A stretch of DNA of 51,595 nt from NCBI GenBank assembly GCA_947626095.1, contig CANQQV010000011.1, positions 1 to 51,595 on the forward strand, written 5' to 3'. Positions 48,065-51,595 of this stretch are shown one piece after another. The notes beneath the pieces were generated by a model. That model was not told where the DNA came from. It was given only the letters and a program-made list of their open reading frames with translations, and searched no databases. Position numbers and translations under genes: made by a program. How positions within the stretch are numbered: the stretch's first letter is position 1; every line of letters starts with the position of its first letter. The stretch comes from an uncultured Bacilli bacterium (lineage in GTDB: Bacteria > Bacillota_I > Bacilli_A > RF39 > UBA660).

Positions 48065-49026
48065 TGAAAAAAGCTTATTTAGGCGTTGATATTGGGTCAA
48101 TTTCAACTAAAGGGGTTATTATAGATGAAGATAATAAAATATTAGCTAGTGAGTATATATGGACGGAAGGAGACCCTATTGGGGCAGTTAAGAGACTTAT
48201 TAGTATTTTAAAAGTCCAATTTAATCCTAAGAAATATAAAGTAGTTGGAGTTGGAACAACTGGTTCTGCTCGTAAGTTAATTGGTGTTATATTAGGAGCT
48301 AATGTAGTTAAGAATGAAATAACGGCTCATGCAATAGGTACATTATCTTTATATCCGGATGTTAGAACAATATTTGAAATAGGGGGACAAGACTCTAAAA
48401 TAATTATTATTGATAATGGAATAGTTGTTGATTATGCGATGAATACATTATGTGCCGCTGGTACTGGTTCGTTTTTATCTAGTCAATCTAAGAGATTAGG
48501 TTTAGAAGTAGAAGAGTTTGGACCTTTAGCTTTGAAGAGTAAGAATCCAACTAATATAGCTGCTAGATGTACAGTATTTGCGGAGAGTGATTTAGTACAT
48601 AAAGCACAGATTGGGCATAAGAAAGAAGATATAGTAGCTGGTTTATGTAAGGCGGTAGTTACTAATTACTTAAATAACGTAGGTAAAGGTAAAAAGATAA
48701 ATCCTCCAATTGTATTCCAAGGAGGAGTATCTAAGAATGTTGGAGTTATTAAAGCATTTGAAGATGCAACTGGGGAAGAAATTACAGTAGATCCTAATTC
48801 ACATTTAATGGGAGCTTTAGGAGTAGCTATCTTATCTAAAAAAGAAAAAGAAGTAGAATTTAGTTTTGATATTGAAGATATAGTATTTGAAACTAAAGGT
48901 ATTGAGTGTAAGGGTTGCACTAATAACTGTGAAAGAATATGTATTTATAAAGATGGTGAACTAATTGATGCATGGGGCAACAAGTGTGATAAGGGAGCTA
49001 TCAAAGTAAAGGGTAAATCGGCATAA
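48064..49026 (+). CDS. Acyl-CoA dehydratase activase (HgdC/BcrAD ASKHA ATPase)
   Basis: GVDIGS.STK, EIGGQDSK, MN..CAAGTGSFL, RCTVFAES, GGV..N. Confidence 0.93.
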   Translation: MKKAYLGVDIGSISTKGVIIDEDNKILASEYIWTEGDPIGAVKRLISILKVQFNPKKYKVVGVGTTGSARKLIGVILGANVVKNEITAHAIGTLSLYPDVRTIFEIGGQDSKIIIIDNGIVVDYAMNTLCAAGTGSFLSSQSKRLGLEVEEFGPLALKSKNPTNIAARCTVFAESDLVHKAQIGHKKEDIVAGLCKAVVTNYLNNVGKGKKINPPIVFQGGVSKNVGVIKAFEDATGEEITVDPNSHLMGALGVAILSKKEKEVEFSFDIEDIVFETKGIECKGCTNNCERICIYKDGELIDAWGNKCDKGAIKVKGKSA

Positions 49027-49057
49027 ATAATATGTTATAATATTATTAGGTGATAAT

Positions 49058-50032
49058 ATGGAACTAGTAACTGAAATACCAGATGGTTTTTTAATAGAAA
49101 AACCATTAACAAATGAGCAAATAAATATTTTAATAGAGCAAATAAATAGATTTAATAAATTAAGCGAATTAGATATTAGTAAAAAAGAAGTTAAATTAAG
49201 TGAAGATGGTAAAATTATATTACCAGAAGGTACTATTATTCACGGGATATCTGGTTTTACTGTAAAAAAAATAGATAATATAGCTAAATCGGGAATATTA
49301 ACGGGACAAGCTATAGGTATTTCTGAAGATGGTGAGACTTTTTATTGTGCTGATTTTCATCGCGTTCCTAAAGAGGAAAAATTAGATGAATTTAATAGTA
49401 GTTTTACTTATCGTGATGGAAGAACACCATTTGGCAATGGTATTAGAGGTGGTAATACATTAGCTTTTATTATTGAACCTAGAGATGAATTTAACGAATT
49501 ACTAGCTTATGATTGTTATAGAGAAGGAACTAAAGAAAGTGAAATTACTAGATCTTTTGTTAATGAAATAGGGTTACCAGTAGAAGATAAGAGTGTAGTA
49601 TCTTCCGTATTGTATGGTGTTCCAAGAAACGCTTTTAGCGGAATAGTACTAGGAGATAATTTGTTTTTAAAAAAAGAAATATTAGAATTACTTATTAAAT
49701 TATTTCCTGAATGTTATATAGCTTCTATACATGGAGATATTATTTATAAGCCTGGTGATAGTGTTGAAATGTCTTTACTTAGAGGAGAGAACTATGGCTT
49801 AAAAGCTCAATTACAAAGAACACAAAAACAATATGAACAAGAGTTACAACAAAGTCGTGAGCTTTCTGCTAAAACATGGAAACTAGGTAAAGCTATTAAT
49901 ACTTTAGTAACTCAAGATTGTTCTTTAGAAGAATGTGCAAGAATTTTATTAGAAAATGGATTAACACAGGGTAGTATAGAAAACGTAATGGAAGAAATAA
50001 ATGAAAAACGAAATAACGGTTTAAAACATTAA
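49058..50032 (+). CDS. Hypothetical protein with possible ADP-ribosyltransferase-like domain and C-terminal coiled coil
   Basis: IIHG......I..I...GIL pattern; fold call is tentative. Confidence 0.55.
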   Translation: MELVTEIPDGFLIEKPLTNEQINILIEQINRFNKLSELDISKKEVKLSEDGKIILPEGTIIHGISGFTVKKIDNIAKSGILTGQAIGISEDGETFYCADFHRVPKEEKLDEFNSSFTYRDGRTPFGNGIRGGNTLAFIIEPRDEFNELLAYDCYREGTKESEITRSFVNEIGLPVEDKSVVSSVLYGVPRNAFSGIVLGDNLFLKKEILELLIKLFPECYIASIHGDIIYKPGDSVEMSLLRGENYGLKAQLQRTQKQYEQELQQSRELSAKTWKLGKAINTLVTQDCSLEECARILLENGLTQGSIENVMEEINEKRNNGLKH

Positions 50033-50051
50033 AAAGGTACTTTATGAATTT

Positions 50052-50600
50052 TCATAAAGTACTTTTTATTTTGTCATATAAATCTAACCAATTAGTAGTT
50101 TGTAGACCATTAAAATCTTTATTATGATTAAATAAAATAGCTTTTTTACCTAGTTCTAAAGCTTTAGTAATATGTTTTATATCATCATCAACGATTAAAT
50201 CAATATCTTTTTCTACTAAGATACTAGCTTTATCTCTAATATTAGTATATAGAGTATTTATAGCTATATCATTTTGTTTAAACCATTCTCTTGTTTGACC
50301 TTTTAAGTCTTTATACTTATTATCAGGACGAGAAGTAATAATACATAATTCGTGACCATCATTATTTAACTTCTTAATAATTTTAGAAGCATTAGCTTTA
50401 AACTTAGGTGAGAAAGTTAGTTCTTCACGATATATATCCCAAAAATCTTGAATATAAGGATCATCCCAACCATTGATATCGGCTGGTAAATCTTTAGAAT
50501 ATCCTTCCTTAGGATATTCTTTAATATATCTTTGCCATACTTTTATTTGAACTTCCTTAGTATTAACTAAAGTATCATCTATATCTATACCTATTTTCAT
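50052..50600 (-). CDS. HAD-family 5'-nucleotidase (NT5C-like)
   Basis: IGIDIDDTL, IITSR, K, VDDD, NW. Confidence 0.88.
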   Translation of the reverse strand: MKIGIDIDDTLVNTKEVQIKVWQRYIKEYPKEGYSKDLPADINGWDDPYIQDFWDIYREELTFSPKFKANASKIIKKLNNDGHELCIITSRPDNKYKDLKGQTREWFKQNDIAINTLYTNIRDKASILVEKDIDLIVDDDIKHITKALELGKKAILFNHNKDFNGLQTTNWLDLYDKIKSTL

Positions 50601-50685
50601 ATAACACCTTTTTTTAATTAAATTTAGATAAGTATAACATATTTTTTTATATTTTATGATATAATCTATATGAGGTGTTATTAAT

Positions 50686-51513
50686 ATGATGTATAAAAGT
50701 GAGGAAGAATTTTTAAAAGCTTATAATCCTAATGCTTATGACAGAATTTCTTTAACTACAGATATACTTATATTAAGCATTAGTGATGAAGTAGCAACTA
50801 ATTATCGTAAGTCTAATAAAAAGTATATGAGTGTTTTATTAGTTAAGAGAGATGATTATCCTTTTAAAGATAAATGGTGTCTACCTGGTGGATTCTTAAG
50901 AGTAGATGAAGAGTTAGAAGATTGTCCAAAGAGAATATTGGCACAAGAAACTAACTTACATGATATATACTTAGAACAATTATATTCATATGGGGGAGTT
51001 AAGAGAGATCCTCGTATGAGAATAGTATCTGTTTCTTATATGGCTTTAGTAGATAAGAATAGATTAAAAGATAAATTAAGTCCTAATGCCTCATGGTTTA
51101 ATATTAATTACTTCGAAGAAGAAGATAATGTATTGGTAACGTTAGATAATGGGACTGATACTATTAAATTTAAAATAAAGAAAACTTTAAAAGAATTAAC
51201 GACCGATAGATATAAATTTGAAATAGAAGAGAATACTGATTTAGCTTTTGATCATCCTTTAGTTATATGGTCTGGTATTGAAAGACTAAAAAATAAAATA
51301 AGTTATACTGATGTGGTATTTAATATGATGCCAGAATTATTTGCTTTAGGGGATTTACAACAAGTGTATGAAGTTATACTTAATAAAAAGTTATTAGATC
51401 CTGCTTTTAGAAGAATTATAGCTAATAAAGTAGAAAAAACAGATCAAGTTCAAACAGGAGCAGGACATCGTCCTTCAGCCTTGTTTAGATATAAAAAAAG
51501 CACTAAGAAATAG
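50686..51513 (+). CDS. nrtR: NrtR-family regulator (Nudix + winged HTH)
   Basis: W.LPGGF with degenerate Nudix box (RILAQET), LEQLY, RDPR.R.VS.SY, LAFDH, F.L..LQ.VYE.IL....FRR, HRP..LF. Confidence 0.9.
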   Translation: MMYKSEEEFLKAYNPNAYDRISLTTDILILSISDEVATNYRKSNKKYMSVLLVKRDDYPFKDKWCLPGGFLRVDEELEDCPKRILAQETNLHDIYLEQLYSYGGVKRDPRMRIVSVSYMALVDKNRLKDKLSPNASWFNINYFEEEDNVLVTLDNGTDTIKFKIKKTLKELTTDRYKFEIEENTDLAFDHPLVIWSGIERLKNKISYTDVVFNMMPELFALGDLQQVYEVILNKKLLDPAFRRIIANKVEKTDQVQTGAGHRPSALFRYKKSTKK

Positions 51514-51522
51514 TGCTTTTTT
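51493..51522 (+). terminator. Intrinsic terminator after nrtR
   Basis: AAAAAAGCACTA-AGAAA-TAGTGCTTTTTT. Confidence 0.8.
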
Positions 51523-51595
51523 CAGAGTGTAGACAAACCTCCAGATTTTTTCTGGAGGTTTTTTTATGCGTAATTTTTTTTGAATAATTTTTTTA
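51523..51595. mobile_element. Possible terminal end of an IS1182-family element
   Basis: CAGAGTGTAGACAAAC followed by hairpin AAACCTCCAGA/TCTGGAGGTTT; resembles recalled IS1182 ends; no transposase in window. Confidence 0.4.

Noticed and set aside
3792-48920. Short shadow ORFs (3792-3974, 8119-8460, 18686-18880, 18877-19155, 21046-21234, 23899-24084, 31033-31326, 48666-48920)
   Set aside because: They overlap well-supported genes and show no recognisable motifs. The two similar antisense ORFs at 18877 and 21046 merely mirror the duplicated domain.
33250-50032. Shared basic/hydrophobic C-terminal tails (KLVKDL, MKLTLTK, NGLKH) as a secretion signal
   Set aside because: Too short and variable to distinguish from Lys/Leu compositional bias.

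Overview
Very AT-rich, gene-dense chromosomal segment (standard genetic code) of a Bacillota bacterium that keeps peptidoglycan and sporulation genes (spoVG, yabP, yabQ, divIC, cwlD-like). The gene style suggests an uncultured gut Bacilli lineage such as RF39 (inference). Housekeeping blocks: spoVG-yabP-yabQ-divIC, mntP, nrdG, ecfA-ecfA'-ecfT-truA-rplM-rpsI, htrA, rimO, rdgB, srtB with its substrate, and an acyl-CoA ligase/CoA-dehydratase-activase cluster. Highlights: (1) two clusters of non-canonical WXG100/LXG-like helical proteins, one with two domain-shuffled, signal-peptide-less double peptidoglycan hydrolases plus an LRR/pseudo-transglutaminase, the other with a reverse-architecture alpha/beta-hydrolase; both are candidate type VII secretion cargo modules; (2) a complete NAD salvage pathway in two operons sharing a duplicated promoter with a 25-bp palindrome, an unknown lead gene, and an NrtR regulator with a related site; (3) a yybP-ykoY manganese riboswitch controlling an unknown lipoprotein rather than mntP; (4) an ECF module with both ATPases and EcfT degenerate; (5) Abi and AbiE defence genes. 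Both window ends look like IS termini. No tRNA, rRNA or CRISPR array was seen. All family calls come from motif recognition by eye, not from database searches.
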